Shown here: positions 44,413 to 53,753 of the stretch, in pieces | Position numbering within the stretch: the stretch's first letter is position 1 | Layout of the letters: each line of letters opens with the position of its first letter | Assembly (NCBI GenBank): GCA_963592435.1 | Contig: CAVAWT010000007.1 | Coordinates: forward strand, 1,297 to 65,296 | Direction of reading: 5' to 3' | DNA length: 64,000 bases | From: Oribacterium sp. | GTDB taxonomy: Bacteria; Actinomycetota; Coriobacteriia; Coriobacteriales; Eggerthellaceae | Program-made: the position numbers and the translations under genes | The notes under the pieces: generated by a model | The model's input: only the letters and a program-made list of their open reading frames with translations | What the model was told of the DNA's origin: nothing | Databases searched by the model: none

Positions 44413-44440
44413 TTTTTCAAGAGCGGAGCCGACAACACTC

Positions 44441-45550
44441 ATGGCGAAAAACAAAACACAAGGAAATCCAAGAGAGAAGCTTGCAAGCAAAGAAGTTGCG
44501 AGCCCTCCCCAAAAAAGAATCACGGCTGACATCGCCAAACAGCGTGCAACAAAAAAGGGACTTGGAGCAAAAACGGGAAACCCGAGAGCTAAAAGAGTCG
44601 AACAGGAACCTAGGCCAAGCGATCTGGAGGGATTTTCTAAAGCAAACATTGGTGAGATCCAGCAGGAAAACAAGCGTCAGAGCAGAAAATTAAAAAAAAT
44701 TCAAAAGTTAAAGAGGCACTCTAAAGAAGCTCGTGAAGCAAGGAAGCTCACAAAGAAAAAGGTGCTAATAACTCTTGCAATTTTGTTAGTCCTATCAGCA
44801 ATTGGGGCTTTTGTCTATCTTTCAAACTCTGACGTTTTTGAAATAACTGAAGTCGAATATGTCGGCGCAGATCACTTGACGCGTGCAGAATGTGAGGCAC
44901 TCGCGCCAAGCCCAGAAGGGCAAAATCTCCTCAATTTTGATGGAGACTCAATTAAAGCAGGATTTCTTCGTGACGCATGGGTCGAAGGAGTTAGCTTCAA
45001 CCGTGTTTTTCCACATAAGTTACAAGTTGTAATTAAGGAAAAGGACATAGGCGCCATCGTCGAGTTCAACTCAGGTGCTAACCAAACAGCTCAAAATTGG
45101 GTAATAACGCTCGATGGAACATGGATAATGGGGCTTCCCGATCAGCAAAGCGACGTTGGAAAATCGATTTCGCAAAACATTTTCACTGATGCAGAAAACG
45201 CTGTTCACATAAAAGATTGCCCAAATGGTATCGCTCCTGAAATGGGAAAGCAATGCACAGACGAAACAGTTTTGAATGCCTTGCAAATTCTAAAGGAGTT
45301 TTCGACAGACTTAAAAGACAACGTTTCTTCAATAACAGCTTCAAACATCAGCGCGACAACGTTGCAACTAAAAAACAACGTTGAAATTGCATTCGGTGCG
45401 GCAGAAAACGTCAGAGAAAAAGAGAGAATCGCAAAAGAGATTATGGAGCAAAATTCTCAGGTCGTCTACGTCAATGTGAGAAGTGTTGAGCGCCCAACAT
45501 GGAGAAGCGCAACAACCTCATCGTCCTCGACATCCTCTTCAACAAACTAA
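44441..45550 (+). CDS. ftsQ: Cell-division protein FtsQ/DivIB with ~110-aa Lys-rich N-terminal extension
   Basis: TM 'VLITLAILLVLSAIGAFVYL' is followed by the POTRA-like 'FEITEVEYVGADHLT..' and 'PHKLQVVIKEK'. Last gene of the dcw cluster. Confidence 0.75.
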   Translation: MAKNKTQGNPREKLASKEVASPPQKRITADIAKQRATKKGLGAKTGNPRAKRVEQEPRPSDLEGFSKANIGEIQQENKRQSRKLKKIQKLKRHSKEAREARKLTKKKVLITLAILLVLSAIGAFVYLSNSDVFEITEVEYVGADHLTRAECEALAPSPEGQNLLNFDGDSIKAGFLRDAWVEGVSFNRVFPHKLQVVIKEKDIGAIVEFNSGANQTAQNWVITLDGTWIMGLPDQQSDVGKSISQNIFTDAENAVHIKDCPNGIAPEMGKQCTDETVLNALQILKEFSTDLKDNVSSITASNISATTLQLKNNVEIAFGAAENVREKERIAKEIMEQNSQVVYVNVRSVERPTWRSATTSSSSTSSSTN

Positions 45551-45576
45551 GTTTCGTGCCCAGGGCGCTTGAGAGT

Positions 45577-46821
45577 TTATAAAGGGGCAACTTCGTCTGC
45601 CAACGTTTTTTTGTTTTCTATTATCTTTTTAAGAGGTTCTAAATAGTGTTTGTCTTTTAAAGTCAAGCCATCTGTTGCGATTGAGAGCAACTCTGAAGAA
45701 ATTTCTGCGACCTTTTGCCCATACGCCTCGCCCTCAAAGCCTTTTTCTTGCAAATCACGCTTTGCTGTCTCGATTTCCTCTTCGCTTTGTTCTCCAAAAA
45801 GTTTTTCTGCCCTTCTCAGAGATTCTTCAGAATAAAAAAGTCCTTTGACAAGAGCACAATAGGCAACTGCCACATTGGTTGGCAAAGCATCGGCTGGTCT
45901 GATCTCAATAAAGTTCTTCAAGCGAACATCATTGAAAAGGTGAGAGGATGCGTGAGCACAAGCTGAAAAATCCATTTCGCGCTCTCCATAAACCTCTGAA
46001 GTTGTTTTGCCAGTCAAATGCCCAGTGTCGCCATCCATTTCAAACATTGCTCGCGTGTTCAAAACATGCCTAGCATAAGTCTCAAATCCGAAATCATCAT
46101 CAAAAAGACCAGGCACGATGCCACAGCGCAAAGGGTCGCAATCTTCCCAAACCTGCGTTCTCATCATGTGACGCGTTCTTTTTTTGCCTTCAAATGTTGG
46201 CGTGTTGTCTGTTAGAAGCGAAAAGATCGGCGTGCAAAGATAAGCTATGCGTAACTTTCTAACACAATCTTTTTCGCTTGAATAATCAATCGACACTTGC
46301 GTTGACCCAGTCCCTCGCATCATCTCAATTCCAAGTGGAGAATTTTTCAGGAAATATTCATTCATAAGCTCATATCTCACCTTAGGAATGATCTTCAGTT
46401 CTTCTGCCTTGCATTTCGGGTGATAACCGATTGGAATCATCGAAATTCCGTGTTGTTTTGTTAGAGCATTAACAGTTTCAAAGAAGTGTGCAAAAGTTTC
46501 CTCGACTTCAACTAGCTCTGTAAAAGGCCCAGCTGATAGCTCAAACTGCCCTGCAGGTTCTAATGTTATCGAATCGCGATCGTTTTCGACACCGATCAGG
46601 TTGCCACCTTCATCAAGCATGTCGTTAGGAAAATGATCTCGAAGCGCTTTCATAAGCCATTTTTGCCCAAATTTTTCGAAGTAAGTCACCTGCGACATGT
46701 CATCATGAACGAGAGTCCATTCAAGCTCGACGCCGAGCTTTTGCGACTTTTCTTTTATCCCACTCTCATAGAACTTGACCATGTTGTCAACATGCAAGTC
46801 AAGCGAGCTATCTACGCTCAT
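45577..46821 (-). CDS. gshA: Glutamate--cysteine ligase (plant/GSH1-like type)
   Basis: 'ITLEPAGQFELSAGPF' resembles the plant-type 'LEPGGQFELSG' block. Also 'MRGTGSTQVSIDY' and 'FIEIRPAD'. ATG 46821 lies 6 nt after 'AAGGAG'. The track's TTG 46866 start overlaps cca. Confidence 0.75.
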   Translation of the reverse strand: MSVDSSLDLHVDNMVKFYESGIKEKSQKLGVELEWTLVHDDMSQVTYFEKFGQKWLMKALRDHFPNDMLDEGGNLIGVENDRDSITLEPAGQFELSAGPFTELVEVEETFAHFFETVNALTKQHGISMIPIGYHPKCKAEELKIIPKVRYELMNEYFLKNSPLGIEMMRGTGSTQVSIDYSSEKDCVRKLRIAYLCTPIFSLLTDNTPTFEGKKRTRHMMRTQVWEDCDPLRCGIVPGLFDDDFGFETYARHVLNTRAMFEMDGDTGHLTGKTTSEVYGEREMDFSACAHASSHLFNDVRLKNFIEIRPADALPTNVAVAYCALVKGLFYSEESLRRAEKLFGEQSEEEIETAKRDLQEKGFEGEAYGQKVAEISSELLSIATDGLTLKDKHYLEPLKKIIENKKTLADEVAPL

Positions 46822-46831
46822 TTTGAGCTCC

Positions 46832-48211
46832 TTAGTGTACATCCAAATTTTTCTTGAATTGAGCAATCAATTCTTCTCTGGAATTTTTGCAAACTCCACT
46901 CTGCACCCACTCAAGACCAATCTGCAACTTTTCTTTTATCGTTGGTCCTTCTTCAACACCCAATTCCATGAGGTCATGTCCGTTGATGTCAAGATTTTTA
47001 ACGTCAAAAACGATTCCTTGTGCCACCATGTCATCGAGCATCTTTTCGATTTCGTTATAGGTGTCAACTTGTTTGACATAAGCATTTGCGTGTCCTAGGC
47101 TGTCGGCTCGCTTCAGTGCGAGAAGCTGTCTATAAAGCCAAACGTCGCCATTCATCAGGCGAATCGTTGTTATGATCGATCTTTTAGTTGGCGAAAGCGT
47201 GTCGTTGTGTCGCAGAACCAGAAGAAGAATTTGTTCTTTCAGCTTGTTTGGAATCGAAAAACGCTTGAGCATTGCTTTTGCAATTCGCACTCCCTGTTTT
47301 TCGTGTCCATAGAAATGACCTGCGCCTTTTTCGTCCATGAAAAAAGTTGAAGGCTTTCCCAAATCGTGGCATATGGCAGCCCAACGCAGAAGTTGTGTGT
47401 TTTTGACATGCGAGACAACTTGCGCGATGTGTTCATAAACGTCAAATTTGTGGTATTTTGTGTGCTGATCAAAACCTCTGCAAGCAGTCAGCTCAGGGAT
47501 CGCAGTCTCCAAAACATCAGCGCAATCAAGCAAGGCTTCCAAAACGTGATCGCCTTGCAAAAGTTTGTCAATTTCAGTCGTTACTCGCTCGTCTGCAATT
47601 GAAAGAACGTTCGACTTCTTGCTGACAGCTGAAGTCCAAGTTGCTTCGTCGATGTCAAAACCGAGTTGGCTTTTGAATCTGCAAGCTCGCAAAATGCGAA
47701 GGGCATCTTCAGAAAAGCGCTTCTGAGGGTCGCCAACACAACGAATGATTTTGTTTTCGATGTCGCGAAGCCCATCATAAGGCGCGACAATTCCAACTCT
47801 AGGGTTGAAAGCAATTGCGTTCATCGTGAAGTCGCGACGTGCAAGGTCTTCTTCGATTGTTCTTAAAAATTGAACTTCCTCTGGGTGGCGAGAATCGAGA
47901 TAGTCACCATCTGCGCGGTAGGTCGTCACTTCGACAGTCTCTGAATCTCCTCCCTCTTCAAACAGGACAGAAATTGTTCCATGTTTCTTGCCCACGTTGA
48001 AAGTTTTATTGCCAGCGCGCGCGAAAATTTCTTCTGTTACGCTTGGCAATGCGTTTGTTGCGATGTCGAAGTCGGCAGGTTCGAGTCCGAGAATTGAGTC
48101 ACGAACACAACCTCCAACTGCAAAAGCTTCAAAGCCTGCTTTTTCGAGCGTCTCGATGCATGTGCGCGCGGCGTCGCTCAAATTGATGTGTATGTTGTAT
48201 CTCTCTTCCAT
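46832..48211 (-). CDS. cca: CCA-adding tRNA nucleotidyltransferase with HD domain
   Basis: 'GGCVRDSILG', 'DFDIAT', 'TYRADG', 'RDFTMNA', HD motif 'ICHDLGKP'. The start is ATG 48211, or TTG 48223 as in the track. Confidence 0.85.
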   Translation of the reverse strand: MEERYNIHINLSDAARTCIETLEKAGFEAFAVGGCVRDSILGLEPADFDIATNALPSVTEEIFARAGNKTFNVGKKHGTISVLFEEGGDSETVEVTTYRADGDYLDSRHPEEVQFLRTIEEDLARRDFTMNAIAFNPRVGIVAPYDGLRDIENKIIRCVGDPQKRFSEDALRILRACRFKSQLGFDIDEATWTSAVSKKSNVLSIADERVTTEIDKLLQGDHVLEALLDCADVLETAIPELTACRGFDQHTKYHKFDVYEHIAQVVSHVKNTQLLRWAAICHDLGKPSTFFMDEKGAGHFYGHEKQGVRIAKAMLKRFSIPNKLKEQILLLVLRHNDTLSPTKRSIITTIRLMNGDVWLYRQLLALKRADSLGHANAYVKQVDTYNEIEKMLDDMVAQGIVFDVKNLDINGHDLMELGVEEGPTIKEKLQIGLEWVQSGVCKNSREELIAQFKKNLDVH

Positions 48212-48351
48212 AACAACTCTCAATTCTAAACGTATAAACGTTTGTTGTGTTAAAATTCTTAACTACATAATTATAAACCATGTGTTTAAAAAGATCGCGA
48301 GAGAGCACTTTCGTCGGTCTCACGGGAATTAAAGAAGGGCAGAAAAAGCGT

Positions 48352-48801
48352 ATGAAAATTTTTGGATTAGGAATGCCAGAACTCGTTGTTATTTTGATTA
48401 TTGTCGTCATTTTGTTTGGCGCGCGTTTTGCAAAGAATCTTCCGAAAATTGGCGGGGCAATGGGAAAAACTGTTAAAAACTTAAAAGAAGGTTTAAACGA
48501 AGGTAAAGAAGAAGTTGAGTCTGAGGGACTCGTCGAGGCAAAAGTCGATGAGGGCGACTCAGACGATGAAGAAAAACCAAAAGCAACTTCGCAGAAAAAA
48601 AAGAAGAAAGTTGTGAAAGTTGTTGAAACTGTCGAAGAAGAAGAAGAGCCTCAAGATGTTCAAGAAGAAGAGGAAGATAAAGAAGAAGTGAAAGAAGAAG
48701 AGCCTGCGAAGAAAGTAAAGAAAGTCGTTAAAGTCGTCGATGACGAAGGCAACGAGACAGAGCTCAGTGAAGAAAAAGAAGAAGAGAAAGTTCCAGCCTA
48801 A
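48352..48801 (+). CDS. tatA: Twin-arginine translocase subunit TatA/E with long acidic/Lys-rich C-terminal tail
   Basis: 'MKIFGLGMPELVVILIIVVILFGARFAKNLPKIGGAMGKTVKNLKEG' matches the TatA TM and amphipathic helix. About 100 further residues are rich in E, K, V and D. The track's 48280 start is an upstream extension. Confidence 0.8.
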   Translation: MKIFGLGMPELVVILIIVVILFGARFAKNLPKIGGAMGKTVKNLKEGLNEGKEEVESEGLVEAKVDEGDSDDEEKPKATSQKKKKKVVKVVETVEEEEEPQDVQEEEEDKEEVKEEEPAKKVKKVVKVVDDEGNETELSEEKEEEKVPA

Positions 48802-48869
48802 ATTAAAAAAACGTATATAGTTTAAGTGGCAATTTCTATAAAACTTTAAGAAAGGAAATAAGGAAAAAG

Positions 48870-49337
48870 ATGGCAGAAGCAGAAATCATTTTGACAGAAG
48901 AAGGCAAGCAAGATTTGCTCGACGAGCTCCATTATCTTGAAACCGAAAAACGAGCAGAGGTTGGAGAGAGAATCAAGGTTGCTCGCGAGTTCGGAGACAT
49001 TTCCGAAAATTCTGAATATGATGATGCTAAAAATGAACAAGCGATGATGGAAGGCAGAATTGCCGAGATCAATCGCATTTTGCAAGAAGCAAAAGTTGTG
49101 TCAGGTGGCAAAAAAGGCACGAAGATCAACATTGGAAACACTGTTAAAGTCGACATGGGAGGAAAAGAGCGCGAGTTCACAATCGTCGGTGGTGCTGAGA
49201 GCAACGTTGCTGCAGGCAAGATCTCGAATTTGAGCCCTGTCGGCCAGGCAATTCTTGGATCAAAGAAGGGTGACACTGTCACTTCAGTTGGTCCAAATGG
49301 CAGAGAAACAAAAATCAAAATTCTATCTTTTAAATAA
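48870..49337 (+). CDS. greA: Transcription elongation factor GreA
   Basis: 'LTEEGKQDLLDEL..L....R.EV.ERIKVAREFGDISENSEYDDAK', C-terminal 'ISNLSPVGQAILG.K.GD'. Confidence 0.9.
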   Translation: MAEAEIILTEEGKQDLLDELHYLETEKRAEVGERIKVAREFGDISENSEYDDAKNEQAMMEGRIAEINRILQEAKVVSGGKKGTKINIGNTVKVDMGGKEREFTIVGGAESNVAAGKISNLSPVGQAILGSKKGDTVTSVGPNGRETKIKILSFK

Positions 49338-49343
49338 ATCAAT

Positions 49344-50843
49344 ATGGCAGAGAACAACGCTAATCAAAATGTCGTCGAAGACGACCCAATTCAGGTTCGC
49401 AAAAACAAGCGCCAGGCTTTGATTGATGCAGGTGAGAGACCCTATGGTCACGCTTTTGTTGCGAGTGCGACAATTGAAAGTCTAAAAGAAAAATATGCTG
49501 ATCTCGAAGATGGCGAGATAACAGAAGACGATGTTCAGATCGCTGGGCGCATCATGGCAAAGCGCGGTCAAGGCAAAGTTGCATTCTTTGAAGTAAAAGA
49601 CGACACTGACACGCTCCAAATTTTTTGCAGGATCAACAATCTTGGTGAAGAGCCTTTCGCAAAGATGAAGGATCTCGATGTTGGTGACTGGATTGCAGTT
49701 TATGGCACAATGATGAAGACGAAACGTGGCGAAGTTTCGATTTGCGTGACTTCGTTTGAGTTGATGAGCAAATCTCTTCGTCCGCTCCCAGAAAAATTTC
49801 ACGGGTTAACCGACAAAGAAACGAGATATCGCGAGCGTTATGTCGACTTGATTGTCAATGACGACGTTAAAGAAACTTTTATCAAGCGTTCAAATATTGT
49901 CAGTGCGATTCGCAGATTCATGGATGATCGTGGCTATTTTGAGGTGGAAACTCCATTTTTACATCAAATTTTGGGTGGTGCGAACGCAAAGCCTTTCATA
50001 ACTCATTTTAATGCGCTCGATCTTGATCTTTATCTTCGCATTGCAACCGAGCTTCCTTTGAAGCGCTTGCTCGTCGGTGGAATGGGAAAAGTTTATGAGT
50101 TGGGAAGGCAGTTCAGAAATGAAGGCATGGACCCTCATCACAATCCTGAGTTTACGACGATTGAGTTTTACGAAGCTTTTTCTGACTTAAGTGGCATGAT
50201 GGAGATAACTCAAGCTCTCATTCAGGAAGCTTGCGTGGCTGCAAATGACACTTTGAAAATTGAATATCAAGGTGAGCAGATTGATTTGTCTGGAAAATTT
50301 GAAGTGGCAACGATGAGCGAGCTTGCATCGAAGTTTTCTGGAGAAGAAGTTTCGATCGAAATATCGCGCGAAGAACTTGAAAAAATCGCGAAGAATTGTG
50401 GGGTTGAAGTTCAAAAAACTTGGGGCAAAGGCAAAATTCTCTCTGAGATTTTTGAGGCAGTTGCAGAAGAAAAGCTTGTGCAACCAACCTTTGTCACAGA
50501 ACACCCTTTGGAAATCTCACCTCTTGCGATGAAATGCGAAGACAACCCAGAGCTAACTCAACGTTTTGAGCTTTTCATTTGTGGGCATGAATTTGCAAAT
50601 GCTTTCACGGAGCTAAATGACCCGATTGACCAAGCAGAGCGTTTTCGTGCGCAGGTTGAGGCGAAAGACTTGGGCGACGATGAGGCAATGGGATATGACG
50701 CAGATTACATCCGTGCTTTGGAATATGGAATGCCACCAGCTGGAGGTTGCGGAATTGGAATTGATCGCCTTGTCATGTTGTTAACCAACTCAGCATCGAT
50801 CCGTGACGTGTTGCTCTTCCCAACGATGAAGCCCGTCTCCTAG
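49344..50843 (+). CDS. lysS: Lysine--tRNA ligase (class II)
   Basis: OB-fold N-domain; 'ETRYRERYVDLI', 'FRNEG.D..HNPEFT..E.Y', 'GGCGIGIDRLVMLLT'. Confidence 0.9.
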   Translation: MAENNANQNVVEDDPIQVRKNKRQALIDAGERPYGHAFVASATIESLKEKYADLEDGEITEDDVQIAGRIMAKRGQGKVAFFEVKDDTDTLQIFCRINNLGEEPFAKMKDLDVGDWIAVYGTMMKTKRGEVSICVTSFELMSKSLRPLPEKFHGLTDKETRYRERYVDLIVNDDVKETFIKRSNIVSAIRRFMDDRGYFEVETPFLHQILGGANAKPFITHFNALDLDLYLRIATELPLKRLLVGGMGKVYELGRQFRNEGMDPHHNPEFTTIEFYEAFSDLSGMMEITQALIQEACVAANDTLKIEYQGEQIDLSGKFEVATMSELASKFSGEEVSIEISREELEKIAKNCGVEVQKTWGKGKILSEIFEAVAEEKLVQPTFVTEHPLEISPLAMKCEDNPELTQRFELFICGHEFANAFTELNDPIDQAERFRAQVEAKDLGDDEAMGYDADYIRALEYGMPPAGGCGIGIDRLVMLLTNSASIRDVLLFPTMKPVS

Positions 50844-50981
50844 ATAAATCAAAGCATTTAATCAGCATATTAAAGAGAAATCGATCCTAAATTACTTTTT
50901 GTTACTTTGTTTTAACAAATAGGGTAGGCTCTTTAGCCTTCACTTGTAATCTTTATTGTTAACTGCTATAATAACTATGTT

Positions 50982-51779
50982 TTGTCAAATTTTCATGAAG
51001 AATTTGATTTTAATGCTTTTAGAGAAGAGTTGAAGAAAACGAAAAAGAATTTAGAAATAGACATTCCAGCTCATGCAAAAGCTGAGATTTCTCGAGAGAG
51101 GAAGCTGAAGAAAACGATTTTTCTTCGCACTCGAATTTCTCTTTTGTGTCTCGTTCTTGTGCTTGTGTTATCGATCGGTGGCACTTTGGCTTACCTAACT
51201 TGGACTGCTAACCAAACGCCTAATCGAACTGCAAGCGGAGAAATTGCTTTGCAGATCGTTGAAAATGGCACAGCCATCGAAGACGATTATGCAACAGAAG
51301 AAGTCGACAGTGGACAAGGCAACAAAACTGTTCAGGTGAAGTCGACGGATGAACCTGATCGCGCAGACGAAATTGTCAGAGTCACTTTCATCCCTGAAGT
51401 TGAAGCAAAAGACGGCACTGGCAACGTTGCCATGAGCGAGACATGGTCGGCTGTCAAGACTGAAACAGTCGATGGCGAAACGAAGCATTATGTTGAAACT
51501 GAGCTTTTGAGGCTTTACTTAGCTGATGATTGGTCGAGCCACTATCTCTATAAAGATGGTGTGTTTTATTATAACAAGGTTGTGTCAAAGGACACGACGA
51601 CAGAAGAACTTCTCTCTGGAGTTACTCTGCAAAACGACGTTAACAAGGCAGATTATGGCGATGTTAAAGTTAACGTCATTGCAGATGCAATCCAGTCAAG
51701 TCCAGCAGACGCTCCAAAAAGTTGGGGCGTTCAAGTAAGCGATGATGACAGCAAAACTGTCAGTTTCATAACTGACTGA
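50982..51779 (+). CDS. TasA/camelysin-like protein with SipW-class signal peptide (1 of 4)
   Basis: 'LVLVLVLSIGGTLAYLTWTANQTPN' after a ~45-aa N-terminal extension. The TTG start is weakly supported. Confidence 0.6.
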   Translation: MSNFHEEFDFNAFREELKKTKKNLEIDIPAHAKAEISRERKLKKTIFLRTRISLLCLVLVLVLSIGGTLAYLTWTANQTPNRTASGEIALQIVENGTAIEDDYATEEVDSGQGNKTVQVKSTDEPDRADEIVRVTFIPEVEAKDGTGNVAMSETWSAVKTETVDGETKHYVETELLRLYLADDWSSHYLYKDGVFYYNKVVSKDTTTEELLSGVTLQNDVNKADYGDVKVNVIADAIQSSPADAPKSWGVQVSDDDSKTVSFITD

Positions 51780-51890
51780 GGAGGACGAGCCGCATGAGAG
51801 AAGTGAAAGGCAAAGGCTATAATAAAGGGCAGGGAAGCTCTTTTGGAAATAGCAAACTTATAAGTTTTTTTATGAAAGGAGGTAACAAAC

Positions 51891-52928
51891 ATGGAGAATC
51901 ATGAACCCGTGATTGTTATCGATCAAAAAGAGAGCACCAAGAAGCGTGGTGCGCTCGCTATCGTCCTTGCAATTGCATTCGTTGCAATTCTTGGAATCGG
52001 TGGGACGTTTGCATATCTGACATGGACAACAAACCAAACACCAAACCGCTTTACGACGGATCCGACCGTCACTGCTGATGTCGTTGAGCCGGCATGGACA
52101 AATGCAATCGACTCGACAGGCACCTACAAAGCATCTGATGGAACAGCTGTTCCAAAGGCTGCTGACAACATGTTGCCTGGCACAGAGGTTGCAAAGAACC
52201 CATTTGTTGTGAACACTTCAAACAATGGTTCTGAGGAATTTGCAGCAATCAAGCTCCAGTTCCAAAAATGGCAAGTGACAAGTGAAGGTGCTACGACAGG
52301 TTCTTATGTCAACATGAGCGACGCTGACGTTGCAACACTTCTTAAGAATTATGCATTCTTGCAAGCAGCTGGGTCTGCGGACTCAACAGCAGGTCTAACT
52401 TTGGGAACTGGCTGGACTCAGATTACCGACAAGAATTACTTTGACGGAACAAATGCTGGAACTGCTGGAAGTGCAAACACATCTGGCGCAATGTATTTTT
52501 ATTATGGAACTGCACTCAAAGCTGAAACAGAGGCTGTAGCTGAAGCAGAGAGCACAACAACAAATGCAGACACATGGAACATTACTTCAGATTACAGAAC
52601 AACACCATTGTTCACGCATGTTCGCTTCATCGACACTGCAACCCAGACAAACATTAACGCTTTGAACAAGGTTTTGGCTGGAAGTGCAAAACCAGCTGAT
52701 CCAGGCTGGAGAGTTGTCATCAGTGGTGCAGCAATTCAGGCAACGACTGGAAAAGCTGCTTCAGATTTCGTTGACACAACTGGAACAGAAAACTGGAAGA
52801 CGTTGCTTGATCAGCTCAAGAACACAACTGATGCTGATTCATCAGCAAAGCCTAGTGCTGCCACAGGTGTTCGTGCTTCCAAATCACCTTTGACAACAAA
52901 GATCCCAGAGGCTTCACAGGTTGGCTAA
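51891..52928 (+). CDS. TasA/camelysin-like protein with SipW-class signal peptide (2 of 4)
   Basis: ATG follows 'AAAGGAGG'. 'IVLAIAFVAILGIGGTFAYLTWTTNQTPN'. Confidence 0.65.
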   Translation: MENHEPVIVIDQKESTKKRGALAIVLAIAFVAILGIGGTFAYLTWTTNQTPNRFTTDPTVTADVVEPAWTNAIDSTGTYKASDGTAVPKAADNMLPGTEVAKNPFVVNTSNNGSEEFAAIKLQFQKWQVTSEGATTGSYVNMSDADVATLLKNYAFLQAAGSADSTAGLTLGTGWTQITDKNYFDGTNAGTAGSANTSGAMYFYYGTALKAETEAVAEAESTTTNADTWNITSDYRTTPLFTHVRFIDTATQTNINALNKVLAGSAKPADPGWRVVISGAAIQATTGKAASDFVDTTGTENWKTLLDQLKNTTDADSSAKPSAATGVRASKSPLTTKIPEASQVG

Positions 52929-52973
52929 GGAAAATTAGTCGGAATTTAACTGCAAAAGCAAAAGGGAGAGTTT

Positions 52974-53729
52974 TTGAGTAACGTTTTAAACATCGAGGTT
53001 TTGAGGCTTAAAAAAACAAAGCACACAGCGACTTTGCTCGCTGTGTGCGCCCTTGCGCTTGCTTTCTTGGTTGGCGTTTTGCCAGGGACGCGTGCTCAAT
53101 ACGCGACGTCTGACCAAGACACACACATTTTTGTTTTCTCAGAAAACAAAGATGTGCGTGTTGCGCTTGAAGAGCCGAGCTGGACTGCTTTTTCTGGAAT
53201 TGGAGTCAGTGCGGGAACAACTAAAGCGAAAGACCCGATTGTCAAAAATGAGAAAGAAAAAGGGAATGGATGCTATTTCCGAGTCAACCTAAGGATTGTT
53301 GACGATGAAGGAAACACTCTTGACCCAACAACAGACAAAGCGCGAGTTCAGTTGATTTTGCAAACGCTTTGGTCTGATCCTTCAGATTCGATCGACGTTT
53401 CAAAAGCTTACACATTGACTGAAGTTAAAAATTTGCCTGGAGTCAATCAAGAATATAACCAAAGCGCATTCAAAGCTCCTGTTTGGAACGAAAAAATGCA
53501 GGCTTGGTGCATAAATTATGATGGAGTGCTGGACGGAGGAGAGTCAGTTCAAGTTTTTGACAAAATGGTGATCCCTGCGGATTACACAAACGAAGAAATC
53601 ACGTTGATGGGAAATTATTATGTCAACTTGTGGGTTCAAGCAATCCAAGCTGATGGATTTTCTTCAACAGATGAAGCGCTTGCTCAATTGTCAAACGAAA
53701 ATGTCAAAAACGACATAAAGACTGCTTAA
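52974..53729 (+). CDS. TasA/camelysin-like secreted protein (3 of 4)
   Basis: 'TLLAVCALALAFLVGVLPGTRAQYATSDQ' is a signal peptide with a degenerate form of the same junction motif. Confidence 0.55.
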   Translation: MSNVLNIEVLRLKKTKHTATLLAVCALALAFLVGVLPGTRAQYATSDQDTHIFVFSENKDVRVALEEPSWTAFSGIGVSAGTTKAKDPIVKNEKEKGNGCYFRVNLRIVDDEGNTLDPTTDKARVQLILQTLWSDPSDSIDVSKAYTLTEVKNLPGVNQEYNQSAFKAPVWNEKMQAWCINYDGVLDGGESVQVFDKMVIPADYTNEEITLMGNYYVNLWVQAIQADGFSSTDEALAQLSNENVKNDIKTA

Positions 53730-53753
53730 GGGAAGATTTTTTTAGCTAATCAT

